Shown: positions 16,001 to 34,182, counted from the stretch's first letter. The stretch: 64,000 bases of DNA from the human T2T-CHM13v2.0 reference genome, Homo sapiens (GCF_009914755.1 NC_060929.1); one strand, 5' to 3'. Numbers and translations: made by a program. The notes: a model not told the origin generated them from the letters alone.

Positions 16001-19000
16001 TATTACCAACATGTGAAACCTAAAATTAATTTTGCATTCCATGTAATCTAAGGCCAAAGCCAACATATTCTTTCTCTTCTGGGAAAATAAAATTGACAGG
16101 TTTTGTTTAAACTTCAGAAACTGAAGCTTTATTTCAGCCTGTCCTGCCATGAGGTCTCCAGTGAGAGGTCTCCAGTGAAAGGTCTCATGTAATTGTTTCT
16201 CTTTTATCTCCCAAATTTAATGTGGGCAATAAAATTCTCCTTTCGTAATTCACTGTTTTATTACAAATACGATATTACTGAAACATCTTATTAGCAGATA
16301 AGTATAGACCAGGAGCCTAACTGTGTTAGATATTTTCAGTGCACATTTCACAGTTGTTTTTCATTTTAGGATTATTTTGAGAAGAAAAAATGTTTTGTAA
16401 TTGAAATAGTTTTAATTTCCTTTAAACCATAATTTGGTTTTTCTATCTATATTATATTCAGTTCAGTTTTCCCATATAACTTTTGTGAAGATTGGCTAGT
16501 ACCACAAAATAACTATGGCTTCACAATACTAGTGTTAGATTATGTCAAGAAGAAAGTGTTTTAGTTACAACATACGCCACCCACTGAGGACCTTGTAGTG
16601 GGATAAACAAAAATTAAAATGCAACAATCCAAATAAATTATAATGTAACAATACAAATATCTGAATCATAAGTCACAGTTTTTCAGGGTTCTTTCAGTCA
16701 CACCACTTTATAATTAATTCTGGTGAGTCATCAGATGTAGGAATGTACCTGAAAACCTTACTTAGTATACTGTGTACACTGTTTAATGGCCATGCATCTT
16801 TTGAAGTTTGATATTTTCTGAAAAAGCATTGTTTGCCTCAGCCCTCTTCTTTTTACGTATACTCCATTTATCATTGATATTTTAGATGTTTCTTATCAAC
16901 AAAATTGGCTGCCCTGGTTAGTGCTGAGTCATCGCAAGACTTGCTTTTGCATTTAGGAAGCCACACCCTCCCACAAAACAGAACAGTGCAAAATAAGCAG
17001 CAGAGAGACAGACAGTTGGAAAAGACATGTTTTCTTTAGGTATTAATATCTTAATTAAATGGAATCAGATTTTGTATGGAAATGAGTTTATATTACATTT
17101 CCATTATACTAAGTCAGTGTGAAAGTTTACCATCAAAATAGCGTTACTTCTTTTATGACTAACTCTGATTTGCTTATACATATCAGAATGATATTCATTA
17201 AATATTTTAATTTCATTTATTTTTCTATGTTTTGATTAGTTTCACATCAAGTCTGAATACTATATTTTGGAAGAATCCAAAACCACATATGAAGATACTG
17301 ATTTTAAAAGTCAGGATTTCATGTACCAAGAATGACCTACTTGAAGGAGATTTTGCTACACTCTTAGAGTCCCAAAAATTCCCCTTTAAAAAAAATGCTG
17401 TCCTACAGAAGGTGTATAAACTATACCTTAGCCATAATTCAATTTAATGAAATACTACCCCATTAAAAGCCATCCTCCTGCCTCATACCGATTCAGAAAT
17501 TAAATTCTGAACTTTTAGTGTAGGCATTAGGAATCACTTAGCCACTTAATAAGGACTGAGATTCTTGGGTGGCAGAAAAATCCTGGTGTGCTAGATTCTT
17601 AGTCACTTTAAACTGCATAGAAGTAATGAGCATAGGCTTCAGTATATTTAATAAGGTGCTGAGGCAGCAGATTCAAATGCAAAAGAGGGAGGAACCAGTT
17701 ATTCCAAGGCAGGATGATGCACCCCCACACAGAGTGTGGAAAAATTAAAGTGAAACAAAGATTTGGACAGTGTCATTAGGAAGCCTGAGGAGAACATGCT
17801 ACAAGGCCAGATCCTGTCCTATGGAAAATAAAAAAGATCAGCAGAACTAAAGCAAAAGCAGTCATCTCCAGTGTGTGGGCCTTAGCAAAGAGTAAACCAA
17901 ATACCTCTCCTTGTGTTAGGAGCAGTGTTATATTCCCAGCTCAGAGATGATTGTGTGCTGGGAAATGCTTATATTCATTATTTCCCAACTAATGCATTTG
18001 GACATATGTATTCCAGTTTTTCAAAGACACTACCCAAAGCTTCTTTACATTTGCATTGGTTATATTTAATATTTCTTAAGCTAAGATCACTGATTATCCA
18101 CACGTTATTAGAAATCTTTGGTTACAGTGAGGCTTAACCTGGGCTAAAGTCTCCTAAATGGGACTACACTTAGATCCGCCCTATTTCACCTTTGGACTAA
18201 CGTTGACTAAATGGCTCCTAGAGTTACCCACAGAGGGAGCTTACTATGATGAGAGCTACTGTGGGGAAACATAGTATTCAACAGAGAAATGGAAGAATAC
18301 AAGTAGCAATGTTCCTTGTCTTCAATAACATTTGAGGGAAAGGAATCTAGAAATCCTAAAGCTTAGTCAGGGTGCCTAAGGTAAGACACAAAAAGAAAGA
18401 GACATCCAGAAAGGAAGGTTGAAAGGAAATGAAGGGCAGTAACAAAGCACCAATGTAAAATGACCCATAGCCAACAATAAATGCAATGACAATAAAGGAA
18501 ACTAACCCTCACAAAGGGTTTGAGGAGCTTCCTGCTGTGTGTCCTTAAACAGTGCGTGCCTCTTAAGTCTCTACAACACTTTTTTAAAGGGCATTGAATT
18601 GGACATTGGTTTAATTTTTACCTACGCTCCCTATAATCTCAGGAGGTAACCATTATTTAATCAGAATTACCCTTGCTCTGTTTATCTGTGAGGCCTCAGA
18701 CACAACGGTGGTTCAGCCCTCTCCCTAAGCAGTAGCAAGCTGAGTAATGGCACACATATGTCTAGGATAGCCAGCATTCAGGAAAATTGCTGTGAACCTC
18801 CTGTTTTTAATTTTAATATAGAAAAAGTCTTTCAGGTTTGTGACACGAAGACAGATTTAGCTTCCCACTTGTCAGCAAATTTGTAAAAACCTCAAAACAA
18901 ATGAATATTTGGAATTCACTCTAAGAGATACAAATCCTGAATTTCTAACTATCTTCTCAAATATTACTGAGGCCAGCAAGATGCAAGTGTTCTACAAAAT

Positions 19001-22000
19001 AATGAACTGTTCTAAGTGACAGTGTTGATGCTGGAAGTGGAATGTTATGTTTTCGCTCAGCTGTATTCATTCAGAAAGTTTTTCTTGAACATCTGCCACA
19101 TGAGGTGCAGAGAATACTACCAGGTGCTAGTTTTTCCAGTATTTGACTTCTGATTACTATTTCCTTTTCTCATCTTTAGTTTTTCAAGATTTTGCTTTAC
19201 CAAAATAGTAAAGCCTTTATCATCAGCTTATATTGAATAATGTTGTAATTGGTTTCAATCAAAGTTTCTCCTCAGGTACTTGGGGGCCCCTAGCCTTCTA
19301 AGGAACTCCCAGGCACCTACTTAACAAGGCCAGCTACACACTCAGTATGTGATAAGCCCCATGATGGATGCAGGTTAGAATTCAAAGACCTGGTTGGAGT
19401 CCTAGATGTGGAGACAGGATGATCAGGTCACACTTGTTAGATGACTAACACTATCAGTAGAAGCTCTTGAGAGATTTTCCTAACGCAGCAAGATTTCTGT
19501 GAGTAGAGGTATCCTGGGAGGTATCCTGGGAGGCAGCCTATTGACTTGACCAAGTAAGCTGATCAGGTGGCCTCCTCTACCCACTAAAGAAATGTGTAAA
19601 CACTAGCAATAATTGCTTTATCTTAAACTCCTGGACATACTCAGTTCTTCCATTCCACTGTTCTATTGCCAATACCTTTTGTTGTTTTCTTCACACTCCT
19701 CTTGGCAGCAAATGTCTGAAAGTATTTCAATTGTGTAATGTTAAGGAGTTTTTTCATAGCTTCAGAAAAGAGGGCAGCAAATATGAAGCCTTAAGTTCAA
19801 AATAAGTCATTCTACCTAGAAATACAGACCCCAGAGCACATTGCATGAAAATACCTGTACTCTGCAGTTCCTCAAAGCAGTATTCTTCCTGAAAAGCCAA
19901 ACACCACACCTATTTTCCTATTTGCTAAGAATCAGAATAAGCACGTTGTAAATAGTATCCAAAGCAGATTCTAAAATGACATAGTAAGAAGCCAGATTCA
20001 AATTGTAACCAAAGAAGACAATAGAAATCCCACTTTACCCCACTGTCATCAGTTAGAACACCCTTGCAAAAACTGTAACCACTTAAGCAATTCATCTGAT
20101 CCCAGAAGATCATACCTTCTTTTGAAAGTATAGGACAGATATCAGTGGGAAACGTCGGCGTTCTGAGCAACACAGGATAAATGTAGGAGGGCCTTAAAAA
20201 ATAAATCTCAATTCATACACTGGAGCAGCAAAAAACTGAGCAGGAAAGGAAACAGAATCCAAAGTCATTTTTCATATAGCTGTTGTCAAATAGTATAACC
20301 TTGGTGTCTTCTTTGAGTTGCCTGGACAGTATTTATGAAACAAAAAACTAAATGCCCCCCATTTGGGGACGGGGGGAGGGGTTCAGACCTCTAACCTGGA
20401 TTCAGAGCCTTAGAGGCCGAGAGGGAATCTGGAATCTGGTATTACTGAGATCCTAGGTAAAAGAACCAGCCTGGCAGTCTTTCCCACCTCATTGGTCCGT
20501 GCTTTTATTTTTAAACCCAAAAGAAAGAAAGAAACACACCCTCTTATGTAGGAATTTCCCTTTTACAAATAATTTGACCTGGTAGAAATAAACTTGCCTG
20601 CCTGCTCTTAAATGCCAGACAGTTGGAAGCAAATGCCGAGGGAAAGGTGCCCAGAGCCATGCTTGATAGGACTTTGAATATTTTCTCCTTAATTAAAGTA
20701 CGTTGCTTGTATTTAGACTATAAGATGCTATGGAGGTCTATCCCATGCCATGCCAATGTGAATTGCTTTGCTTCAGTAACAATCAGAAGACCAGTCCAAC
20801 AGAAAATAACTTGTCATAATTCCACCTTAGATTCTAGACCTCTCATACCTGCAGTGTACAGAATATGTACATGTTCCAATGGAATTCACTATTTTTGGCT
20901 TTAGTGTCAAAGAGATTGGTTCTACAAGGTTCATCTGATTTCCCATAACAAGTAAATTTTATAATCCTATGATTCTAAATTCAATCCCCAATATAGATTC
21001 TAAGCATCAAATCAAAATCACAGACAAAGGGGAACTGGTCGAGAGGGGTCTTAGTTATTTCAAATCCATGACCAAAGTGTCCAAAGACATGAAACTCTTA
21101 TACCTGCTGAGCATTTCACTTTACTATACAAAATGTCAGCTACCCAGTTGCATCCTGTGACATGATCAGACTGTCAATGTGGACCAGTGGCCAGGAGCAT
21201 ATTTATGGGCCATTTCTGTTCATCATTCTTTACAGAGCATTGAGGTTTCCCACTGAAACAGCTTCTTTAGTCAGACGTCTATAGATTTTACATAAATTTA
21301 CATTTAAATGCATTAAGTTAGATGGCCCAATTGAGCATCTGAATGAATATAGTGGGGGTTGGTGGTGGTGCAAATTCTGCTGGCTTTATGTTATGGTTTT
21401 CTTCGTGTTTTTTCTTGGTTTTGTCTGGCTTCTTCTGGCAAGTGCCCTAAAAGACTGGAACACTGTATAAAGTCATAGACATAGAACCATATGGGAAAGC
21501 CCAGATGAAAAAATGGAAGAATAAAATCAAGTTGTCAAAGTTCCAGCAACAGCCCTGACTTCTTCAGGAATCCAAGCAAATTGAAAGCCAAGACAAAATG
21601 TACAAATGGTGCCCATGCCATTCATTTGACTGTGGGTGGCCCTCTAGTCTAGGGCTCTCTTAGTGAATGGTTGTGGAAATATGATTTTTCTAAGTTCCTT
21701 CCTTTTCCTTTTGATAGATGAGTTTGAGATGATGGAGTAGGAGTGGGGCCCTCAGGCACTTCTGGTAAAGACATTCCACCTGCAAGCAGCATTTTGAGTA
21801 AAGCACTGCTGTGGTTTGCCGATTTATGGTCCATTTAATGTTAGGCTAAAGCACCTTTAATCATTTTTGTTGTTTTAAGATAATGTATTTGTGAAGTGGA
21901 TAAACACTGGAAATAGGGTGCTTCTTCTGGAAAGTTCAGTGTAAAACACAAACAAGGCTTTGGCGGGTTTATCTGGCTTTATAAACAAGTCTGAAAAATG

Positions 22001-22300
22001 GATGAAAGCTAAATATATAAAGCAGTTGGTTGTCTATCTTTTATCATTTTTACTCAGATCTGTATTTAACACTTATTTATTTGTTAGTTTTTACATTCAA
22101 AAGAAATACACTTTGAACTTTGGCTAACATTGTAGGATATTTTTTAATTGTTTCTACATTTTTAAAGCATGATTCATCATTTTTGTAAACTTAGATCATT
22201 TTTTAATTGTCTTTTCTTTTCCAATAGACCAGTTACCACTCATGTGTCTGCAGAACCTCTTTATTGTATTCCTATAATAAATGTAAAATATTTGTAGCAA
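13036..22300 (+). other. FER: FER long 3'UTR (longest isoform; shorter polyadenylation isoforms likely)
   Basis: Follows the stop codon, is repeat-poor and AU-rich, and ends at a well-formed poly(A) site. The length agrees with my recollection of a ~12 kb FER mRNA; the end point is inferred. Confidence 0.7.
13671..13861 (+). mobile_element. Alu left arm (AluS-type) with internal inverted duplication, inside the FER 3'UTR
   Basis: Alu head 13671-13704, inverted copy 13716-13754, then the left arm resumes (ctttgggaggctgaggcaggcggatcacctgaggtcagg) to an A-tract. Confidence 0.92.
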
Positions 22301-22330
22301 ACTGTGCCTTGTCTTATTTAATCTTTCCAT
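22276..22330 (+). terminator. Distal polyadenylation signal of FER
   Basis: AATAAA at 22276-22281, upstream TGTA motifs in U-rich context (22061, 22185, 22265), candidate CA cleavage near 22298-22300, downstream GU/U-rich tract ctgtgccttgtcttattt. Confidence 0.7.
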
Positions 22331-23399
22331 CATGTTTATATTTCTCTTCCTTTTCCATATAAATATGCTCCAAGTGGAAGAAAAGGCAGGCAAGATTTCC
22401 ATGGTAACTGGCCTCCTAGGGATATAACAGTGCATAAAAATTATTAGCTTTCAGTTTCTCTGTAATTAAGCTTATTAGTTCTGATGATAATGGGTGTGTG
22501 TTGCTTACAGTCCAATCACTGCTTCCTGTTTAGAAATCAAAACTGTAATGGAGCTCAAGTCCCAGTTATCTGGGTGGATTCGCTATTTGCGTGGATTTTT
22601 GTGTTTTACTTTTGGGTTTTTGGGTTTTTTTTTTTTTTTTTTTTTTTTTGCTTTTCATAACAAGATTTGTTTGACATAACACAAGGATTTGCGGGAGAAA
22701 GATGGCTGAGAGATGTTTGGAAACAGAGGCTGAAGCCTGCTACCCTAGAGCAGTTCAGATGTGTATCCTTGCCTGTCCTGTACAGGACTGAGCTGGTCAC
22801 AGAGCCATCGCTTAACTTCTAGGTACCCTTCAGTTGGCAAATCGGTAACCTTCCTAAAACTGCCGGCTGTTATTTACATGGATTTTGGGCAACATACACT
22901 TCCCTTACATTAAACCAAGCCCCCTCCTCATCCCTGAGCTTGGATTAGATGAGTCAACCTCCACTGCTTCTCAAAAACACACATGTTTACTGTTCATGGG
23001 GTAGGCCACAAGCTCCTTAGGATAGACAAAATGAATCCATACAATCCTCTTAACCTTCCTGCTTCCACAGCACCCTACCCAGAGCTGTGTGCTTCTGGGC
23101 CCTTGGTGAATTCATTTTCACCATAGCTCATAATTGTCTGTCTAGAGTTGCATCCTCTGCTCCAGCAGGTTTGATATCTGGCACAGTCTCCTAGACAACC
23201 TGTGCTTTCACTGACTTCAATTAATTAGGATGAGGTACATTCACCACCAAAGAAGGTTGGCTATCAGACTGAAATCCCATTCCCCAAGATGAATAAATAG
23301 CATCTCTGAAATCCTGGAGTTCTTTTGGTGTTTGAAGTCCTACACTTCGTTTCACACTCCCCCTTCTAGCTGATTTCTTCAGGCAAATGGTGATGTTGC

Positions 23400-23826
<427 letters not shown>

Positions 23827-24149
23827 CTAAATGAAGTGCTTTTTCAAACTTCCAAAATGTGGTGGTACACGTGGACTGGCCCACACACTTAGGTCAGACT
23901 TGTGATTATGCCCAAGGAAGGCTGATGGTGCTGGGTTCCAAAGCTGTCTGGTGTTGAAACAAGCACCAAGCTGGGAGCTGGGAAACTCAGGATCTCATTC
24001 CTGGTTGGACTCTCACTAGTCTGTAAACTTATCCAATTGGATCCTTTCTCCCAGGGCTGACACTTGAAGGACAAAGAACAGCCTGAGAGCATTCACTAAA
24101 GCAGAGTCCATTCTCCCTAGTAAAGTGTTGCTGTAATTCCTGCTACCCA

Positions 24150-24328
24150 ACACTCCAGGACACCCTTAGTTTTTTCCATTCCCAAACCTCATTCTCTAGC
24201 CTCCCCATTAACTTTGGAGCCCATGTCAGCCTTGTAGCGAATTCCCTTTTTTTTTTTTTTTTTTTTTTTTAACCTAAGTCATCCATAGTCCATTTCTGTT
24301 GTCTGCAGCCAAGGATCCTGACCAATAT
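24150..24328 (+). mobile_element. Old MLT1-type MaLR LTR 3' end
   Basis: Terminal motif ttctgttgtctgcagccaaggatcctgaccaata. Confidence 0.5.
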
Positions 24329-25894
24329 GACGATCTCTAAGACACCTTCGAGCTTTGAGACTGTGTGATCTCCCAAGGCTTCTTGAGTCATTTCAGATAT
24401 CCAAACACCAACGCTATATGAGGTGGGTTCTGTTCCTTTCCTCATACAACATGGCTGTTGAAATTCAAGAGTGATGAGAAAAAGGAAAATTCCCTAAAGT
24501 TTCCCTCACCTAATGTGCTGCTGATTATCCAAACTAAGCTTTTTCATATTTCCCCAGCTCTGGACTTAAGTAATTCAAAATTATAAATGTTTCTTTTGCA
24601 GTCTCCCTGTGGTAACCAGTGGTACCACAGGATAAATGATAAGATCAATGGACTAGACATTGTGATGGGCTAATTGATCTATCACAGCAATATAAATGCC
24701 AAGAATTAATAGAAAAACAAATGTCATAGGAAGCTGAGGTACTGACAGCCTTAGAAGCTCCCCTCTTAGGGCCTCTGTCTCCCAGCTTTCAGCAGGGCTT
24801 AGTCTTAGTCCACATTCAGAAGGGCCTTTCCCTCTCCTGAAAACAAACAAACTCACAAAATGTCTCCTTTTAAGCCTGGGTAAAAGCCAATAAATAAGCC
24901 TGTTGGTATTTCAACTCAAGCTGATTTCCCAAGTAGCCCCTGGAGCCCTTCCCTCTGCCTGCCACTCACTTCTTGTCCTCCTGCCAAATGTCAAGGAATG
25001 ATTCTGACAGCGATGCAGCACAGCGGGTCTCTGAGGAAGGTACTTAGGATACATGAGCCTGATGAAAGGAAGTTAGTGGGGCAGGTGAAGGATTTGCTCA
25101 CTGGTGACCCATCCAGGTTCACAGTCTTACAGCCTTAGAATAGTGAAGACCCTGTCACAGCCAGCCAAAAATGTAAGAAGCCGGCTTTTATTTTCTCCTC
25201 CAGGATTGCACACTTCATTCATCTTCCAGGGAATGCCAGCGATGGGGACATCTTACCTGTTTTTGGCATTACTTTTCATCTCGACAAAGTAAAGTGAGGG
25301 AGCAGCTGTCTGCTCCAGCCAGGTTAACCCCTAAACTTCTTTTCATGTCAAACTAATACCAGCCGCTCCCCTGTGCAGGTCTAATGCATATAGAAACTTA
25401 GAACTAGGAGACCAGCTGACTTCCAGCACCATCCCTACCCCTCTTTGCTTCACTGCTCCCTCCCATTCTTCCTTTTCTTCTCTCTCAGACACACCCTTTC
25501 TCCTGGTCTGAAATGAGTCCTCTATCAGTATACACCACAGTTTCTTACCCCAAAGCAGATGTTCCATGAATATAATCATTGGTCTATATTGGGAAGACCA
25601 GAGATCGTTCACAAGATTAATCATAAGGTAAAAGAGGAGAATTAGAATTAAAATCTAACTGTAAAGAGCAAAAAAAAAAAAAAAAAAAAAAACACACAAG
25701 TATCTGGAATATGTTAATGACTGCAATTAGGCAATAAATGGCACTGGATCTCTTGACAACCAAAACAAACAATGAGGAGTACTTATTTTAGAAAATGAAA
25801 AAGGCAGAAAAATGAATTTGGCATTTAACTTAAAAGGTCAGAAAAAAAGTTATTCTATGACTTTATGTTTTCTAAGATTGAACACAAGTCATGG

Positions 25895-26106
25895 CACGGA
25901 TCCTCAGCTGGGAGCCATTCTGTCCCCCAGGGGACATCTGACGATGTCTGCAGACACATTTTTGTTGTCACTACTGGGAGTACTACTGGCATCTAGTAGA
26001 CAGAAGACAGGAATGCCACTTAACATCCTCTAGTGCACAGATCAGACCCCACACCAAAGAATTATCTGACCCAAAATGTCAGTAGTGGCATGATTGAGAA
26101 ACCTTC
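25895..26106 (+). mobile_element. MER20 (hAT-Charlie)
   Basis: cccccaggggacat...ggcatctagtag...aaagaattatctgacccaaaatgtcagtagtg...ttgagaaacc. Confidence 0.88.
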
Positions 26107-26582
26107 AGTCATGGGGCCTATCTGAATTTCTATCCAGAATCAGGGGAAGACTTTAACTGGACAAACTTTAAAGGAACAGGAGAAGATAAAAATCAGAATG
26201 TTTTAAAATGTATTTCCCAAAAGTTGACATATTTGATATATTGCTTACACAGAGAAACAATCTAGAGGATTAACGAAGCCAAGACTTAGTTCTTTAAGGC
26301 CAACCTCTGATGAGATTTACCAAGAAAAAAAAAAAAACATACTAGGAATTAAAAAAACAAAAACAAAAAACAGGTATAAAGAACTACAGAAACAGCAGTG
26401 ATTGAAAAGGTAATAAATGAATACTATGAACTTTATGCCAATAAATTTGAAAACTTAAAAAGAATTGACATATTCCTAGGAAAAAATATAGTTTACCAAA
26501 GCAAACTCAAGAAGAAATACACATTCAGAGTAGTTCTATAACCATTAATGAACTGAAATCAGTAGTCTAAAATCTTCCCACA

Positions 26583-27225
26583 GCACTTATTTCAGGGAAT
26601 TGAAGATTTATTTTTATGCATAAAGTTGTACACAAATGTTCATAGAAGCATTCTTCAAAACAGCCAAAAACTTGAAACTACCCAAAAGTTCTTCAGTAGG
26701 TGAATCATTAACTGTGGTATATCCATGAGATACTACTCGGTAATAAAAAGCAATAAACTATTGATACACACAGGATGAACCTAAAGAAAACTATGCTAAG
26801 AAAAAAAAAGCCAATCTTAAAGGGATAAATACTGCATAATTTATGTAATATTGATGAAATAACAACAGAGATAGAGAACACATCAGCAATTGCCAGGAGC
26901 TAGAGATGGGGAAGGGGTGAGGGTGGCTATAAATGAGTAACATGAAAGAGTCTTGTGCTGATGGTACAGTTCAGTATCATAATATAATGCTGGTTTCACA
27001 AGGCTACACATGATAAAACTTCATAGAGCTACATACACACAAACACATCAATGGGTGCATGTATAACCAGTGAAATTTGAATAAGCTCTATGGTTGTACC
27101 CCTGTCAAATTCTTGGAGGTGGCCAGGAGAAACACACAGATTTCCCTGTGCATTCCTTTGCAGCCTCTTGCAAATATGTAATTATTTCAAAGTGAAAAGT
27201 TTAAAAAATTATATAAGGAAGCAAG
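26583..27225 (+). mobile_element. Nested L1MC/MD-type 3' end with 12-bp TSD
   Basis: L1 3'UTR text flanked by exact AATCTTCCCACA at 26571-26582 and 27226-27237. Confidence 0.8.
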
Positions 27226-27744
27226 AATCTTCCCACAAAAACAATAACAGACCAAGAAGTATAGGATTTGGAGGTGATCCACCATGCTTCCAAGGGACAG
27301 ATAATTCTTGCAAACTCTTCCAGAAAAAAAGAAAAAAAGATGACAATGACCCTTCAATCTATCTAATGAGATAACTTTGAAAACAAAGTACAAGGAAAAT
27401 ACAAAAAACTACAAGCCAATCTTAATCATGAATACAGATGAACTTCTCCCAAAGTAAAGGCAAAGTTAACTCAGCAATGAATAAAATATATAAAATATCA
27501 ATTTTGAATTAGATTTATTCTAAGAATAAAAGGATGATTTTTATGAGTTATTAATATAAATTAGCACATTAACAGAACAAGGAAGAAAACACATAAAATT
27601 CTGCCAGGCAATCAAAAAAACTTAGAAAACTAGGGGAGAAATGTAACTTCTTTAAAATTATAAAAAGATCTACAAAAATCTACAGCAAACATTGGACACA
27701 ACAGTGAAGCATTAGAAGCATCCCTTTTAAAATTAGGACCAAGA

Positions 27745-27919
27745 GCCACACATGATCGCTTGTGCCTATAAACCCAGCTATTCAGGAGGCTTAGGCAGGA
27801 GGATTGCTTGAGGCCATGAGTTGGAGACCACCAGCCTAGGCAACATAGTGAAACCCCATCTCTACCACACACACACACACACATGCACACACACACACAC
27901 ACACATACACACACACACA
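27745..27919 (+). mobile_element. FLAM-type Alu monomer with (CA)n tail
   Basis: ggcaggaggattgcttgagg...agcctaggcaacatagtgaaaccccatctct, then (CA)n at about 27866-27919. Confidence 0.8.
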
Positions 27920-29456
27920 AATCAGGGACAAGAAAAGGGAACATCAACCACCATTTCTATCCATTCTTGTATTGGAAACTCCAGCCGGTACAGAAAGACA
28001 AGAAAAATAAATTCTGAATAAGGTGTAATAATTGGAAAGAAAACTTCATATTCACAGATAATATGATTGCTTACATTTTGAACCTCAGAAAACTAACACA
28101 TTATTAGAGTGAATAAGAGTTTAGCTAAATTTCTAGATACAAGATCAACATGAAAAAAAAAAAATTTTCTGTATACCAGTCAAAGGAGAAGATACATGGT
28201 ATTTTTAAGATACCATTTTTATTTAAAATTTAAATTTCAAAATTTGGTTGCAATAGCAACCAAAACTACAAGACACTCTGGAATAAACTAATGAAAGATA
28301 TGTAAGCCCTTTATGGAGAAAGTTTTCAAAATGTTAAAGATGACCATTAGATAAATGGAGAGACATATCTTTTCATGGCTAGGAATACCCAGATACTGTA
28401 AAAATATTGTACATTTTTACTTAGAGTTTATAAAGATATTGTGCATTTTTACTCAGATATTATAAAACTATCAATTCTTTTTAAATTGACTACAAATAAA
28501 ATGTAATTCTTGATGTCTAGGATTCCTTATATAAATTAAGATGATTCTAAAATGTATATGGAAGAACAAAGGATCAAGAATAGCAATGACACTCCTAAAG
28601 AGATGAGACTTACCATAAAGCTAGAGTATGGTATTAGCACAGAGATGAACAAGCAGGAAGATGGACCAGAATAGAGAGACCGAAAATAAACCCAAACAAA
28701 TGCAAATATTTAATACATTGCAAAGACAGCACTGCAGATCAGTGGGGAAAAGATGGACTACTCATTATACGGTGCAGGGAGATTAGCTTACCCATATGAG
28801 GGGGAAATGAGCTTAAACTCTTACCTCATACTCTACATACTTAAAAAATGCCAACTAGATTAAAAGCTTAAATATAAAAAGCAAAACATTGAAACTTTTG
28901 GAAGAAAATACAGATATCTTTACAACTTTGGAGCAGAGAAATGATTCTTAAACAAGACACAAAAGGAAAAGACTTCTGAATACAATTACATTAAAATAAA
29001 ACATGTAAATGCAGAGGAATCATGAAAAAGTGAAGACAAACCATAAACTGTTAGATAATATTTACAATACATGCAACTGACAAAGAATTAATCATCAGTA
29101 ATATACAAAAGACTCCTGCAGATCAATAAGAAATGACAAACCACCCAAGAGAAAAATGAAACCCATTTCACAGAAAGATGAATGACCCATAAACACATGA
29201 GGGGGACAAAAAAACTCAACCTCTTTAGTAATCAGGGAAATGCAAATCAAAACTACAAGCACATAAAATTTGATTCCTACAAGGCTGGCAAAATTTAAAA
29301 GTTGGGTAATACCATGCGTAGATGAAGATAGGGAACAAAGAGTAATTCTTAGAGAGTGATGGGTTGTGCCTGTAACTCAGAAAATTCTTTCCTAGGTATA
29401 CGTCTGAGAGAAATACTTGCACAAGTGTTCCAACAGGCATTCAAACACACAGTTCA

Positions 29457-29625
29457 GGCTGGGTGCAGTGGCTCACACCTGTAATCTCAGAACTTTGAGA
29501 GACCAAGGTGGGAGAATTGCTTGAGCCCAGGAGGTTGAAGCTGCAGTGAACCATTTTTGCACCACTGCCCTCCAGCTTAGGCCACAAAGCAGGACCCTGT
29601 CTCAAAAATTAAATAAATAAATAGA
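29457..29625 (+). mobile_element. Monomeric Alu (AluJ/FRAM-like)
   Basis: ggctgggtgcagtggctcacacctgtaatc...gcttgagcccaggagg...gaccctgtctc, then an (AAAT)n tail. Confidence 0.8.
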
Positions 29626-29829
29626 AAATAAAAGTGCATAGTAACACTGTTCTGTGAAAATAGAATAGAAAGAAATAGAAACAGACAAGAAACATGAAAT
29701 GTTCATTAACAGGAGAATGGAAAAATAAATTGTGATATATTCTTATGGTGAAATACTGTACAGCAATAAAAATTAATGAGCTGTGTTTAGTAGAATCAAC
29801 ATGAATAAATCTCAAAAATAAAATTTTGG

Positions 29830-33705
<3,876 letters not shown>

Positions 33706-34182
33706 AAAATTTTAATGAAAACCAAATCATAGATACGTCATATGAGCCCATTTATATAAAGATCCAAACTTCATGTAAAATTTTCAGCCTTGTTTTGGGA
33801 TACACAAGCATGCAGTTAACACTACAACATAAGCCAAGAAAATAAATGCACAATTTTAAATCTTGGTTACTTGTGAGGGAAGAGGAGATGAGCATGATGG
33901 AGAGAGGTTCACAGGGTCTTTAGAGTCCTCCTTATCCTCTATTTCTTTTTTTTTTAATTTAATGTAGCATTTATTTATTTATATTTTAAGTTCTAGGGTA
34001 CATGTGCACAATGTACAGGTTTGTTACATATGTATACATGTGCCATGTTGGTGTGCTGCACCCAGTAACTCGTCATTTAACATTAGGTATATCTCCAAAT
34101 GCTATCCCTCCCCCCTCCCCCCATCCCATGACAGGCCCCAGAGTGTGATGTTCCCCTTCCTGTGTCCAAGTGTTCTCATTGT

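Larger units (their letters stand above)
26260..29829 (+). mobile_element. Ancient L1M (L1ME-like) ORF2/3' end, fragmented by nested insertions
   Basis: A-rich degenerate ORF2 text throughout (aataaatttgaaaactta, caagatcaaca, atcagggaaatgcaaatcaaaac). Confidence 0.75.

Noticed and set aside
16724-16931. Two TGAGTCA AP-1 sites about 200 bp apart in the 3'UTR
   Set aside because: Several such heptamers are expected by chance in 64 kb, and there is no other support from sequence alone.
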